Both the position numbers and the translations under genes were made by a program. This document shows positions 34,112 to 45,720 of a DNA stretch of 64,000 nt, in pieces. This stretch comes from an uncultured Verrucomicrobiae bacterium. Its GTDB lineage: Bacteria > Verrucomicrobiota > Verrucomicrobiia > Chthoniobacterales > Terrimicrobiaceae. The notes under the pieces were generated by a model. That model saw nothing but the letters and a program-made list of their open reading frames with translations. It had not been told where the DNA came from and did no database searches. The stretch lies in the NCBI GenBank assembly GCA_963706955.1, contig CAVPOC010000008.1:32001-96000 (forward strand), written 5' to 3'. Every line of letters begins with the position of its first letter. The first letter of the stretch is position 1.

Positions 34112-35713
34112 ATGAACAGAAACGATATTCAAAAAGCAATTGAGAGCGGCAAAACCGCGCTTGGCATTGAGTTCGGCTCGACGCGCATCAAGGCAGTGCT
34201 CATCGGCGAGGATCATACGCCAATCGCCTCGGGAAGCCATGATTGGGAAAATCGGTACAAAAACGGCGTCTGGACCTACAGTCTCGAAGATGTTTGGACG
34301 GGCTTGCAGGAGAGTTATCGCAACCTCAGCAAAGAGGTTTCCGAAAACTACAACGCCCAGCTACGGACACTTGGCGCGCTCGGCTTTAGCGGCATGATGC
34401 ACGGCTATATGGCTTTCGATAAGGACGGAAATCTACTCGTCCCATTTCGAACATGGCGAACCACCACGACGGCGCAGGCAGCGACCGAACTCACCGATCG
34501 GTTTCAATTCAATGTTCCGCATCGCTGGAGCATTGCCCACCTCTACCAAGCGATATTGAACAAGGAACCCCACGTCCCTGACATCAGCTACCAGACGACG
34601 CTCGCAGGCTATGTCCATTGGAAATTGACCGGAGAAAAAGTCCTGGGTGTGGGCGACGCATCAGGCATGTTCCCCATCGACAGCAAGATCAACGACTACG
34701 ATGCCAGCAAGATCGAGCTGTTCAATAAACGGCTCGCCGCAACTAACATCCCGTGGAAGCTCCAGGACATCTTTCCTAAGGTCCTTGTCGCCGGAAATGC
34801 TGCCGGGGTCCTCACCGAAGAAGGCGCCAAACTCCTTGACCCAACCGGGCAACTCGAAGCCGGAATTCCACTCTGTCCAGCAGAGGGCGACGCAGGCACA
34901 GGCATGGTGGCGACGAACAGCGTTGCCGAGCGAACCGGAAATGTGTCCGCAGGAACATCCGTCTTCGCGATGATCGTTCTGGAAAAGGAGCTCTCAAAAC
35001 TCCACCCCGAGATCGACATGGTGACCACCCCCAATGGCAAACCGGTGGCAATGGCACATAGTAACACCTGCACATCCGATCTCAATGCCTGGGTCGGGAT
35101 CTTCCGAGAGTTCGTCGATGGGCTGGGTGTGGAGATCAGTCAGTCCAAGCTCTTTGAGATGTTATACAAGAAGGGACTTGGCGGAGACGCCGATGGCGGC
35201 GGGCTTCTTGCCTACAATTATCTTTCCGGCGAGCCGATCACCCATCTTGAAGAGGGGCGTCCACTGTTTGTTCGAACGCCCGAAAGCCGCTTCTCGCTTG
35301 CGAACTTCATGCGGGTGAATCTGTTTTCGGCAGTGGCCACATTGAAGATTGGAATGGACATCCTCTTCGAGGAAGAGCAGGTGAAAATCGATCGAGTCCT
35401 TGGTCACGGTGGCTTCTTCAAGACAGAAGAAGTGGGGCAGAAAATCATGGCTGCGGCGCTGAATGTTCCCGTCTCAGTGATGGAGACGAGCGGCGAAGGC
35501 GGCGCCTGGGGAATCGCTTTGCTTGCTGCCTATGTCCTCCGTAAGCAAGAGAATGAAACTTTGGAAGCCTATCTCTCCGAGAAAGTCTTCGCCGAGAGCA
35601 AGAGCACCACGATAGCCCCCGATCAGCGAGATGTTGATGGGTTTGCCGCCTTCATGAAGCGTTACAACGAGGGACTCGCCATCGAAAGAACCGCCGTCGA
35701 GGCGCTGAAATAA
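34112..35713 (+). CDS. FGGY carbohydrate kinase (L-ribulokinase/xylulokinase-like)
   Basis: [36 protein letters not shown]. Confidence 0.92.
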   Translation: MNRNDIQKAIESGKTALGIEFGSTRIKAVLIGEDHTPIASGSHDWENRYKNGVWTYSLEDVWTGLQESYRNLSKEVSENYNAQLRTLGALGFSGMMHGYMAFDKDGNLLVPFRTWRTTTTAQAATELTDRFQFNVPHRWSIAHLYQAILNKEPHVPDISYQTTLAGYVHWKLTGEKVLGVGDASGMFPIDSKINDYDASKIELFNKRLAATNIPWKLQDIFPKVLVAGNAAGVLTEEGAKLLDPTGQLEAGIPLCPAEGDAGTGMVATNSVAERTGNVSAGTSVFAMIVLEKELSKLHPEIDMVTTPNGKPVAMAHSNTCTSDLNAWVGIFREFVDGLGVEISQSKLFEMLYKKGLGGDADGGGLLAYNYLSGEPITHLEEGRPLFVRTPESRFSLANFMRVNLFSAVATLKIGMDILFEEEQVKIDRVLGHGGFFKTEEVGQKIMAAALNVPVSVMETSGEGGAWGIALLAAYVLRKQENETLEAYLSEKVFAESKSTTIAPDQRDVDGFAAFMKRYNEGLAIERTAVEALK

Positions 35714-35832
35714 TTACATTGAAGTTGAGGGCTGATGGCTGAGGAATTGGTCCTCCTACGCCAAAGCTTCGGCGGAGACGTCTAGAGCAATTCTCGTTAG
35801 AAGTTTCCGAAAACGATGCCAGCACTAAAGCG

Positions 35833-35964
35833 TCTGGGGAGTATACGCGTCCCCGCGTGTGGGGCTCGGCGTCTCGCCGAACACGGTTTTCCGGCGGGAC
35901 GCCGGAAAGTGCACGCGCAGGAGGGGTGAAGGGGCCCCTCCCCCTCTGGCGTGCGCTCCCCAGA
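35833..35964. repeat. palindromic REP-like element
   Basis: Imperfect terminal IR TCTGGGGAGTATACGC / GCGTGCGCTCCCCAGA with internal hairpins CGGCG-TCT-CGCCG and TTTCCGGCG-GGA-CGCCGGAAA. Confidence 0.65.
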
Positions 35965-36256
35965 GAGCAGTTACCTCGCCAGTTCCTAGCGCGACAACCT
36001 CTCTGCGGTGGCAGCGCACAAGGTCCAGATCTCTTGACTCGAATCAGGGCCTCTTCCTGGAGACAGACCATTTCGCCTTCGCCATTTCGGAAAATTCCTT
36101 CGGTATTTGTGATAGGTATGTTAACGCTTCAGTGATAGGTGGCCTGAACTCTTTCAATCCTCTGTGTTCGCAGTGTCCTCTGCGGTAAGAATGAGTCGAC
36201 TTCCAAGCGAGGCGGCCCGCTAGGCGTACTTATCTAATCTTACTAAGCAGGGCCAA

Positions 36257-37969
36257 CTAATCGCCACTTAGCATTTCGAGCTTACCCTTCAAGAACGCCA
36301 GACGCAGACGCTGATGGGCGACACCAGGGATGCCTTGGAGGACGCTGAGACTGTGTTTCACCGCCTCGAGCGCGACCGAAGCATCGCTTGATTCTTGAGC
36401 GGCTTTCAAATAGTCGATCGCCGCGAGCACACCGGCGCTCGGACGTTCCCCTTTGGCGATCGTCATCAGGTCGTTTCTGATCGAGCCGAGTTTGTCGATC
36501 GCCCTTCTTAAAGGTAGATTCGCGGTATTGAGAATGTCTTTCGCATAGCCCCATTTCGAGTTCGCCCAGGCTTCGACGCGCCACGCATCGTCGCGAGCCT
36601 CAATAAGGAAACGTCGAAAGTTGCCACCAATTTCCTTGCCAAACCGCAAATCGAGAATCTGGGTGGCTTCCATTACCGCCTTGCGTGTGAAATCTCGGGT
36701 CGCGTTGCTCTGTGCCACCACCGCGTCCCACCCTTGAATGATTTTGTCCAGCTTCACCCTGGCGTCAAAGGCTTTGCTGATAATGTTGCCGGCGCTGGTG
36801 GCGTACGCATCGATATATTCCAATTCGCCGAGGCTAACGCTGACGGACGGGGCTTGTTCGTCTGTTGCCAGAGGTTCGCTTGGCAGCGCGGCCTCGGCAC
36901 TTTGGAGCTCGTTGACCGCACCCCTCAAGGCGCGCGCCCCTTTCTCGAACTCTTCAACGTGACTGAGCAAGTTGTTAGCGATCTCGAACCTTTTGCTTAC
37001 CTGCTCTAGTGCCTCGAAATGGGCGGCGTGGAGTTGCAGGTAGAGAAATGCCGCATCGACTGCTCCAACCTTACCCAACTCGGCGACCGACCCCAGCGTG
37101 CGCGTCACTCCCCCTCCGGACTTGCCGGTCTTTCCTGCGGACTTCGATGCGTGCTCCCGCCTCCACCCGATGTTCCGCTCCCGCTTCCGCCCGACGTCGG
37201 CCCCCGCGGTTTTTTGGTATCGATTTCGCCTCTCGCTTCGTTTCCCGGGTAAATTTCGCCACCTCGTTCAACATGGCCGCGGGGTACCTTGGCGGGGCTT
37301 GTCGCGGATTGTCGGTTCCTCATCGTCAAAGTCTTGGCGGCGGACCACGTTCGGTTGAGTTCCAGATTGCTGCACAACATGTGTCAGCTCATGTGCCAGT
37401 AAGCGGCGTCCTTCACGCGTTCCCGGACTGAACTCACCGGCACCAAATACCATGTTGTTGCCTACGGTGTAGGCACGGGCGTTTACATCGCACGCCGATT
37501 GCTCCGCAGTGGCGCCGCGATGCACGCGCACACCCGAAAAGTCGTGATCAAAGCGCTGCTCCATCTCTCGCCGTAACGCGGGCTCAAGAGGGTCGCCAGA
37601 GCTGACCAGCGCGTGCTGCACACTGGCGGGAGCCGTAACCGCCTCACTGCCGGATTGCCCTGCATCGCGACGGATATGCCCCGCGCCGCTCACTCCACCA
37701 TGAGCTGACGTTGTCAGCACGTGCCCGGAAATCCGGTCGGCTTCCTGTTCGTAGATATCGCCCGGCCCATTAACCTTGAGCTTGGCTTGCATTATCCCTG
37801 ATCGGAGCAGTCGCCCCACCTGACGGTTACCGACCGTTCGTTGCAGGAAAGAAATTTGGTCAACGGGTGAATTTTCCCTTGGAGAAAGGTTAGGCTTCTT
37901 TGCATGAGCAGAGCAATTTCTGGTCATTGACTCACGTGTTGTGAGTGATGCTCTGTTGCTCGCGCTCAT
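36257..37969 (-). CDS. DUF4157 (eCIS-core) effector A: leader, core, Gly linker, helical C-terminus; frameshifts near 37295 and 37110
   Basis: [47 protein letters not shown]; joined from ORFs 37268-37969, 37105-37380 and 36257-37108 (last join inferred). Confidence 0.8.
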
Positions 37970-38018
37970 CTTTACTCGGTCATGCGGCTTGGCGGCCCTG
38001 CTCTTTGAACTTCGCCTG

Positions 38019-38068
38019 AGGAACCGCGCTCACCGCTGAGCATGGTCGAGGATTGCCAGCAAGATCAA
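38019..38068 (-). promoter_or_regulatory. effector A promoter/5'UTR module
   Basis: Minus strand TTGATC-N18-CATGCT, then GCGCGGTTCCT. Confidence 0.6.
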
Positions 38069-38194
38069 GCCCACAGGTCAGGGGTTCGTTAGGACAATAC
38101 GTTGTGCTTCGACTCGTTTATCTGCGATTCTCTTGCCGAACTGCTCAGTCCGCAGATTTTAGCACAACGCCGGGAAGCTGTGGGAACAGAGAAC

Positions 38195-38610
38195 CTAGTT
38201 TTTGAAGCCGACAGACCCCCATACCTTCGCATCCCTCAGACGTTGCTCCGCTTCGCGTTTCTCGCGGACCTCCTTACGCTCGGCTGCCTGACGCAAGAAG
38301 TCATCTGCCAGAGGCATCAGCACGGGGCAACACGCGCAACGGTGTCAATGGTAAATAGCCCCTCCTCGTCCGTCATGTAACCTTCTTGGGCAAAGATGGT
38401 GAACGCTTCCTCGAGGATCTGATAGTTCCTTCCCCGGGGATGTCCCGCGTCGGACTTGTGACCACAGGCGAGACTGTCGTCATAGGACCGCTCCGCCTTG
38501 CCGACCGCTGCGATCACCTGGGTCGCCACGTCACGCGTGGCGAATCGACGCCAGAGGTTCCCTTGGATCCACCCCAGTCGAGTCTTATTATCCCAGTGGA
38601 GATGCCCGTT
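38195..38610 (-). CDS. possible small ORF directly after effector B (start unclear, one frameshift)
   Basis: NINGHLHWDNKTRLGWIQGNLWRRF...YQILEEAFTIF...DTVARVA/PVLMPLADDFLRQAAERKEVREKREAEQRL*. Confidence 0.35.
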
Positions 38611-38621
38611 GATATTCGTTC

Positions 38622-41600
38622 TTAGTGCATTTGGAGAAGCTGCACCTCAATTTTACCACCGATGGCGGACGGAATAGCCGAAGGCTCCTTAACGATACGA
38701 AACACGAGGCGCATTTCGTTCGCATATCCTGGATTGTTTGGGAGCAAATCAATTTCTTCCCAGCCTATATACGGTTCCTTGGTCAAATTCTTCCGCCGAT
38801 GGGGTGGTCGTTGCGATGTCAACCGATCGATCGCTTTCTGATCGCCTCTGGCATAATCGTCGAATGCGTCCAATATTTTCTTGGCGCCCTTTTTCTCATC
38901 TGCTGTGAGGGTACGGCGGGGTCGTCCTTCGAGGCTCTTGACCCCCTCCGCATGCGGAACTGGGTCGTTGAGTCTCTGTCGGGGAAACGACTCGACCGCA
39001 CGACTCTCGGCCAGCCACTTTTCCTTTATCGCTTGGCCCTGTGGCGACTCCATCGGAACGCCGCTAATCTCCTCTGATGACGGTCCCGGCTGAGTGCGCC
39101 TGATGATCACACACGTCTCTTTGGAACGTCTGCACCAGATTCCACCACCATGGTGTTCCCAGTCATGATTGCCCAACGGTCGGTGAACGCGAGCGCCCTC
39201 ACGTTTGATCAGCTGAGGATGGGCCAGCACCTCGTCGATCTCATGTCGTAGCTGTTGCGGACCAGGTTCATCGAGAAGGCTGCTCTTGGCGACGCTTGCC
39301 TTTCGCACCTCGGCGCTTCCGCTGGCAACGTTCGTCAGATCCAAAGGCGCCGCCGCCGCCGGACGGGGTATCGTCGTCGGCTCTGGGCGCGGCTTCGCCA
39401 CCGGAGACTTTGCAGTCACTGCCGCGGCGCGCTCCGCGGCCCTCTTGATCTGCTCGTTGTTGAGATTGGACATGGTGGCGGCCACCGCATCGGCCTCCCA
39501 GTCGCAACGGAGACGACAGCCGAACAGCCAGCGCTTGGCTCCGTCCGGCAATGCCCCGATGCGGTCGAAGAATTTCCCCAACTTCCTGGAGTGGACGACC
39601 GCCTTGTCGACGATGTAGACCGCGATGTCGCCCGGGAGTTGCAGGGCGGTCATCACCTTGCCGGCGGTCCACGCCACGGCGGCGCCGGTAACCTCCGCCG
39701 CCTTGACGGCTGTCCCGAGTCGCGACTTCCTGAGCGCGTCAACGGCCTTGCCAAATTCGCCGCTCGCCGCCCGCCGTACCTTCGAGACCTGCTCAATGCT
39801 CGTTTCGAGAACCTTGAAGGCGCGCGACGCCTTTACGGCGCTGCCGAGCTTGGACCCCCAGATGGCTGCTTTGGCCCCCGTCGCCGCTCCGCCGGTCAAG
39901 AGCAGCATCGCGGCTTCGGCCATGACGTAGCCAGTTAGATAGCCATGCGCGTGCCCGGCAATGAGCGGGTTGGTGGAATGCAGCTTTTCGGCCCAGCCGG
40001 CGGCCCATTCGCCGAGCATTTGCTTGATCTGCTCTACGGTCAGCTTCTTGAGAGCACCAATGATTTTCTCCAGGTCCGAGACAAGATCTAAGGAAAAGAT
40101 GCTCTTCAACACCTCGTAAATCAGCTTTGCGATGCCGGACACCGCATCCCAGATCGCCTTGAAAAAGCCGTGGACCACGCCCGCACCGAAAGCGATCGCG
40201 TATCCGGCCTTTTCAATCAGACCCATCAAGGCATCGACGATTCGTCCGATTGCGGCCGCCGTGAGCTCTATGGGCCTCACAGCGACCTTTCCTGCGAGAA
40301 CCATCGATCCACCAATGCCAGGACCCGGTAGATTGGGGCTCCTCACCTGTATGAATCGCCGGATGTGCGCATTTTCTGCCTCGCCTCCTGGGTCGAAAGG
40401 ATGTAGCGGCGCATGGGCTCAGACATCTCTTGCAACGCCTTCGGACGCTGAATGAACTGGACCGGAACGATGATCGATTGGCCCGCCTCGATCGGTGTCG
40501 TGCGCGAAAGCTTGTTCAGCCGCGCAAGCGCAGGCGGGACGGCCGGGTTGTCCGATACGTACGCTGCGACGGCATCGAGCGTCGTTCCGGCGTCGGGGAC
40601 CAGGGCGAATACCCCCGGATAAAGCTCAATCCACTTCGGCGTGGCCGCGGACGGTGGTGCGGCTGCCGGACGGCGTCTCGGGTGGCTTGGCTTCAGTCAC
40701 AGTCCTTGTGGCAGCCCGCTCGCGCAGGATCTCGAGCAACGGGCCGCGGAAGTCTGAATCAAGCCTGAGGAAACGCTTGCGCAGGTGCTCCTGCCTGGCG
40801 CCGACGGGCGTGGTCAACGCCTTGAGGACGACCGCGGCACTCTCGTTGTCGAGCAAGCTGAACGCAGCGGTGAGCAATCGCAGGCGGCTTCTCCAGTTTT
40901 CCGAGGTAGAGGGGCGTGTCCAACGTCTCTTCGATGGCATTCATCGCGGCGAATGTGTCATCTACCCCTCCCTTCGCGATGTATGCCGCCAGCACCGCAC
41001 GCGCCTCGTTGCGATCCATCCTCTTCAGCGCCGAGGGCGCACCGGTGCGGGGTTGGCGTGCGATGGAATAATTAGCAGACAGCGACGGATGGCGCGTTTG
41101 GTTACTTTGGCCACCATGAATCCGGGCGGCTCCGGACTGTTGCACCACGTGAGTTAACTCGTGGGCAATTAGCCGGCGTCCCTGGGACGTCCCCGGGGCG
41201 AATTGGCTTTCACCAAATACAATGGCATGACCCACTGTGTAGGCGTTGGCGTTCACGTCCCGTGCCGATTGCCCAGCAGCCGCGCCCGAGTGAATCCGAA
41301 CGTTCGCGAAGTCACAGGCGAAACGTTGCTCCATCTCCTGCCGTAATCTTGTCTCCAGCGGTTTGCCAGGACTAGCAAGAGCCTGATCTACACTGGCGGC
41401 AGCCGTAGCCGTTTTATCGGCGGGTTGCCCGGTGACGCGTTGGATGTGCGGTGGAGCGCCGCCAACGGAGTGACGCGCAGACGTTGCCATCACCTTATTG
41501 GCAACGCGGTCCGCTTCCTGTTCGTAGATATCTCCCGGTTCGTTAACTTTGAGTTTCGTCTGCAGACCCAAGCGCCGTTTCTTGCTGCACTCCTCGCATT

Positions 41601-41925
41601 CGCCCGATATGCCAACTGCACCTCCGCACGCGCATTGGCGCTGTAATATCCCGTGCTCGCTCGCACGCCGCGAGGATGCATCGGCATGTGGGGAACCTGA
41701 CTTCTCTCCAGAGTTCTCGATTGTGAGCTCGGGTCGAAACAGCCTTGATCTTAGCAGCCGTTCTACTTCGCGATTTCCGACCGTTCTCTGGAGGAAAGAG
41801 ATCTGGCCAAGGGGCGAATTAATTCGTGGAGAAAGATTAGTCCTCTGTCCTTCAGAACAGGGATTTCGCGTCTTCGCTGTCTTGGACTCACGGTTTGTGA
41901 GCGATGCGGTCGCGCTTGCACTCAT
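38622..41925 (-). CDS. DUF4157 effector B (about 1100 aa): leader, CxCGG..CEEC motif, core, LysM, TM helices, RelE/HigB-like C-terminus; at least 3 frameshifts
   Basis: [12 protein letters not shown]; protein-like frames run continuously through 40759-41928, 40626-40940, an unlisted LysM frame (about 40400-40670) and 38622-40346. Confidence 0.8.
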
Positions 41926-41969
41926 CACTAGGTCATGCAGCTTGCAGTCCTACTCTCGACACCCACTTA

Positions 41970-42018
41970 AGGAATCGCGCTGATCGGCAAATTGTAGCTA
42001 AGATTCCCGGTTGGTCTA
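41970..42018 (-). promoter_or_regulatory. effector B promoter/5'UTR module
   Basis: Minus strand TAGACC-N16-TACAAT, then GCGCGATTCCT. Confidence 0.6.
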
Positions 42019-42242
42019 GCCAAGAATAGCGGGCTTGACTTCATCGTGTCCATCACCCCGATTCAGTGGATGAGCCGCTCGAGGTCACAGCAGCTGCCAC
42101 CGCGTTTCGCGACGTGTTCGATCGGAGGAGTTCGGCCTGCGTATTTTTACGAGCCGACGAGTGAGAACTGTGGCCGGGCGTATTGGCAGAACCGCACTTG
42201 GAATGCGAACTCGGGGTGGGCGACCCCTCTTTCGACGCTTTC

Positions 42243-43808
42243 CTATTTCTCCGGCTGTTTGTTCGCGGGAGGGCTACCGGTTGGGGTGATCGGCGTAGTC
42301 GTTTTCGCCGTCTGGTCGAGTTTGTCGAAGAGCTTCTCTGCGGCTGCGGCCAGCTTATCCGTTAGCACCTTAAGAGCCGGAAAATCGTCCGGAACGAGGC
42401 GCAGAGCAACAACCTTACTATAGTTCTTGGCGATCAGAGCATTTGAGTAACTTTTTCCGAAAGCCTTGCCTGCTGTGTCGGCATCGTATTTCTCGTGGAC
42501 GAGAAACTCGTAGAAATTGTCCTGTGCAAGCGCGACGTCCTTAACTTGGCCTCCGCCGGCGGCCAGTGGCCCGATCTCTTTCTTTAACGCCTGGCGTTCC
42601 TTGTCCACAGCTGCGGAATTGGCAATTTGCATGAGGCTCATGAAATCTAAAAACACCTGTGTATGCTGGCTCGTCCAGTTCGGGTCGCTCTCCATCATAA
42701 GGCGCGCATGAAGCAACTCATGGTACAACGGGTACAGCCGCAGTCAGGGTGAAGGCCTCGTCCGGGGAGCTCGTTTGTTGGAGGAACTCCTTGTCAGTAG
42801 CCAGAGGGAGGGCCCACGTTACATCAAGAAAGTGCGTCACCTGAACCCCGCCCTTGATCTTGACGCGCTTTTCTTCTCCTTTGACGATTTGCGAACCACG
42901 GAATCCCTGCGCAGCGGAAACTCTTACTTTCCAGAGATGCTCTTCGCCGCCTTTCATCGGCCCTCCTTTAATGGCGGGCGGTTCCTTAGGATTTCGGAAA
43001 TCGATTGAGGCAGGGGTGATCAACTCGGCGAGATCAGGATTCCGCTTCTTGATCTCGTCATGAACCAACTTAGAGTTCGTGGTCGGTTTCTTTGCCGGAG
43101 GATCCTTTTTCTTGGGCTGCCGCTGGATGGCGCGTGGCGCAAAACCCTGCTGGAGGACGTGGGTCAGTTCGTGCGCGATTAATTTTCTGCCTTCGCTTGA
43201 TCCGCGTCGGTATTGACCAGCACCAAATACCACGTCCTCTCCCACGGTATACGCCTGCGCGTTCAACCCTCGCGCGGAGTGTGCTGCTCTCTGATCCGCA
43301 TGCACCCGCACTCGACTGAGGTCCCGTCCAAAGCGTGCCTCCATAGAGGCACGCGTCGTCGAGTCGAGCGGCTCGCCCGGCGCACGCAGCACATCGCTAA
43401 CCAGAGATGGCGCTGCATCCTTTCCCGTTTGGCTGCCTCCGAGGCGCGTTGTCTGCAGCCCCTCATGTTCAGCGCCGAGTTGCTCCGAGTTTCGCTGGTC
43501 GCGCCCTCCGCGCCAAGGGGCAGTGCGCCGCGGTTGCGGCTCAGGCATCTTTGTCACCTCTTCCGAGATCTTATCCGCCTCCTGTTCATAAACGTCGCCA
43601 GACCTCTCCAATTTTAAGTTCGACTTGGTTCGCGTCCTGATTTCAGCAATCGCTCCACTTGGCGATTTCCGATCGCTCTTTGCAGCAAGTAAATCTGCTC
43701 AAGAGGCGCCTCTGAGGTGGCAGAAAACCTTCTCTGGCTCGAGTCAGAGAGAGCACTGCTTTTCTCCGACTCGCATGTTCGGACTAAAGGTTTGGCGCTT
43801 GTTCTCAT
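42243..43808 (-). CDS. DUF4157 effector C with a second, C-terminal HEXXH zincin-like domain; frameshifts near 43615 and 42730
   Basis: LLQRAIGNRQV, GDVYEQEAD, LIAHELTHVLQQ, then LYHELLHA...FLVHEKY. Confidence 0.8.
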
Positions 43809-43950
43809 CTTATCGCCGACAATTCCTGTCATCCCTTCATGTCGCGTGACGCCGTCTCCCCCAGGGATCTCGCCGTCTCCTCTTGCTACCGATCTCGCGC
43901 CCTCCCATTCTCCTCCACGCAGAGGGCGCCAGTTCGCGTTCGAGAAAATG

Positions 43951-45539
43951 TCAACACTTCTTCCCTTCCTCGATCGGCGGATCGGATGAGGTTACCGTCT
44001 TCGTCGCGGCAGGGGAGTCCTTCGTTACTTTTCCTTTCCCCCCTTTTGAATTCTGGCTGGTGACTACCCACCGCTTGGCACAGTCTTCTTCGCTATCCTT
44101 TTTGACCTTCGCTTCTCCCGACCACCTCCAGGTCACCATTGCGAGGGGAACTCTGTTTGCGTCTGGAGGTTGGTCGGGTTTCCACATCAGCCACATTTTG
44201 AAGCTATCTACTGCCTTGACGCGCTCGACAGATGGCGCCACCGGTTGGTGCGGGCTGTCATTGGTAGAGAATTCCACGGGGCCTGAGGAAGTGACGTGTT
44301 GCTCGTCAACGGGATCTTTCGTATCGATCCAGTCTCCGCCGGTGTTCCGGCGGAGGTTCTTACCGGTGAAGAGATGAAAAGATCGACACATATTAGTCAG
44401 CTGAACGTACTGCAAAGTTCCGGGACATCCCGTGGGAACTTCAACCTTTGAGGTAAAGGTTGCCCCGTTAGCTTTGCCGGGCGTCCCTAATATCAACGCA
44501 CATCTCCCGTTGACTTCTCTAACGCCGACAGTACCCGTGATCGCAGCGGTTAGTGATTTATAGAGCGGGACGCAGGGCGAACTTTTGGGCGGTGGGGTTT
44601 CAGGTTTGTCATCGTCTTTCTTGCGGAGCACGGCACGCGACGGCTGGCGGTCAGCTCCTTCTTGCTGAATCACGTGCGCCAGTTCGTGCGCCAGCAGCCA
44701 ACGTTCCGTGCGCGTGGTTGCCGGGTACTGCCCTGCACCGAAGACAACGTCGTTGCCGACGGTGTAGGCCAGCGCGCGAAGCGAGCGAGCCGAGTCGCGC
44801 GCCGGGGCGCCGGTATGGACGCGGACGTTCGAGAAGTCATGCCCGAACCGCTGCTCCATGTCCTGTCGAAGCGCCGGCTCGAGCGGCCTACCGCCACTGG
44901 TTAGGGTTTGGTCTACGCTGGCGGGCACCACATCCACCTGGCCATTCGATTGTCCTGAGAAGCGCTGGATACCTCGTGGAAGCGCCGCTCAACCACGGAA
45001 TCTGCCGGCGCTGCCATCAGCTTGATCGGCAATCCGATTCGCTTCCCGTTCAAAGATATCGTCGGGAGCGTTGACCGTGAGCTTAGTTTGCAGACCCAAG
45101 CGGCTTTTCTTCCGGCACTCCTCGCATTCGCCCGAATGTCAGCCGCACCTCCACATGCACATTTCCGCTGCAATATCGCGCTTCGGCCAGCGCCAAATCG
45201 CCCCGCGCCGATGGGTAGGCAGCTTCTCACGGGAGCGGACTGAACTGACCCGCCAGAGTCTCTCACCCGTTCCCCCCGATGGTCAAGCCCTTCGGCGACG
45301 AATGGCTGAAAAGATGGTTTGCCGACGGCCTGCTCCGTTTCGGGTCTTCTCGGCTTTGCTCACCCATGAATTCAACAGTCGACCTACTTCGCGATTTCCG
45401 ACGGTTCTTTGAAGGAAAGCAATTTGGTCGGTCGGCAAATTTGTCGGCGGAGAAAGCTCGGGCGTGGTTTCTTGCGACAGAGAATTCTGTGTGACGGGAC
45501 TCGCGTGCCGTCAGTGATGCTTTGAGTACCTGCGCTCAT
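43951..45539 (-). CDS. DUF4157 effector D with beta-rich C-terminal domain; several 5' frameshifts
   Basis: MSAGT../ASLTARES/PTDQIAFLQRTVGNREVGRLL, ILQRKCACGG, HDFSNVRVH, LLAHELAHVIQQ. Confidence 0.8.
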
Positions 45540-45583
45540 CTTCTCTCACTGGTACCCTTCTGCGCATGGCTCCTGGGTGCCTT

Positions 45584-45635
45584 AGGAACCGCGCCCACAG
45601 GAAAATCATGATTCAGGATCGCTGAGAAAGGTCAA
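45584..45635 (-). promoter_or_regulatory. effector D promoter/5'UTR module
   Basis: Minus strand TTGACC-N19-CATGAT, then GCGCGGTTCCT. Confidence 0.55.
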
Positions 45636-45720
45636 GACGAAGAGGGCAGAGGTCTTTAGGATTTCACCCCTTGGCCATTCTCATGGAAAGTCCCGAGAGA
45701 TGTAACAGGAATCGGGCTGG

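Noticed and set aside
36010..36075. Nucleotidyltransferase-like remnant MVCLQEEALIRVKRSG
   Set aside because: About 20 residues of weak similarity; cannot be supported
36257..37108. Separate immunity gene after effector A (GTGA overlap)
   Set aside because: One extra G in the GGGGG run would fuse it to A, and paralog E continues into a C-terminal domain at the same point; treated as one gene, though not proven
43915..43954. Own promoter for effector C (TTGACA overlapping the D stop; TGGC..GC)
   Set aside because: No -10 at the right spacing, and the sigma54 GG-N10-GC spacing is wrong
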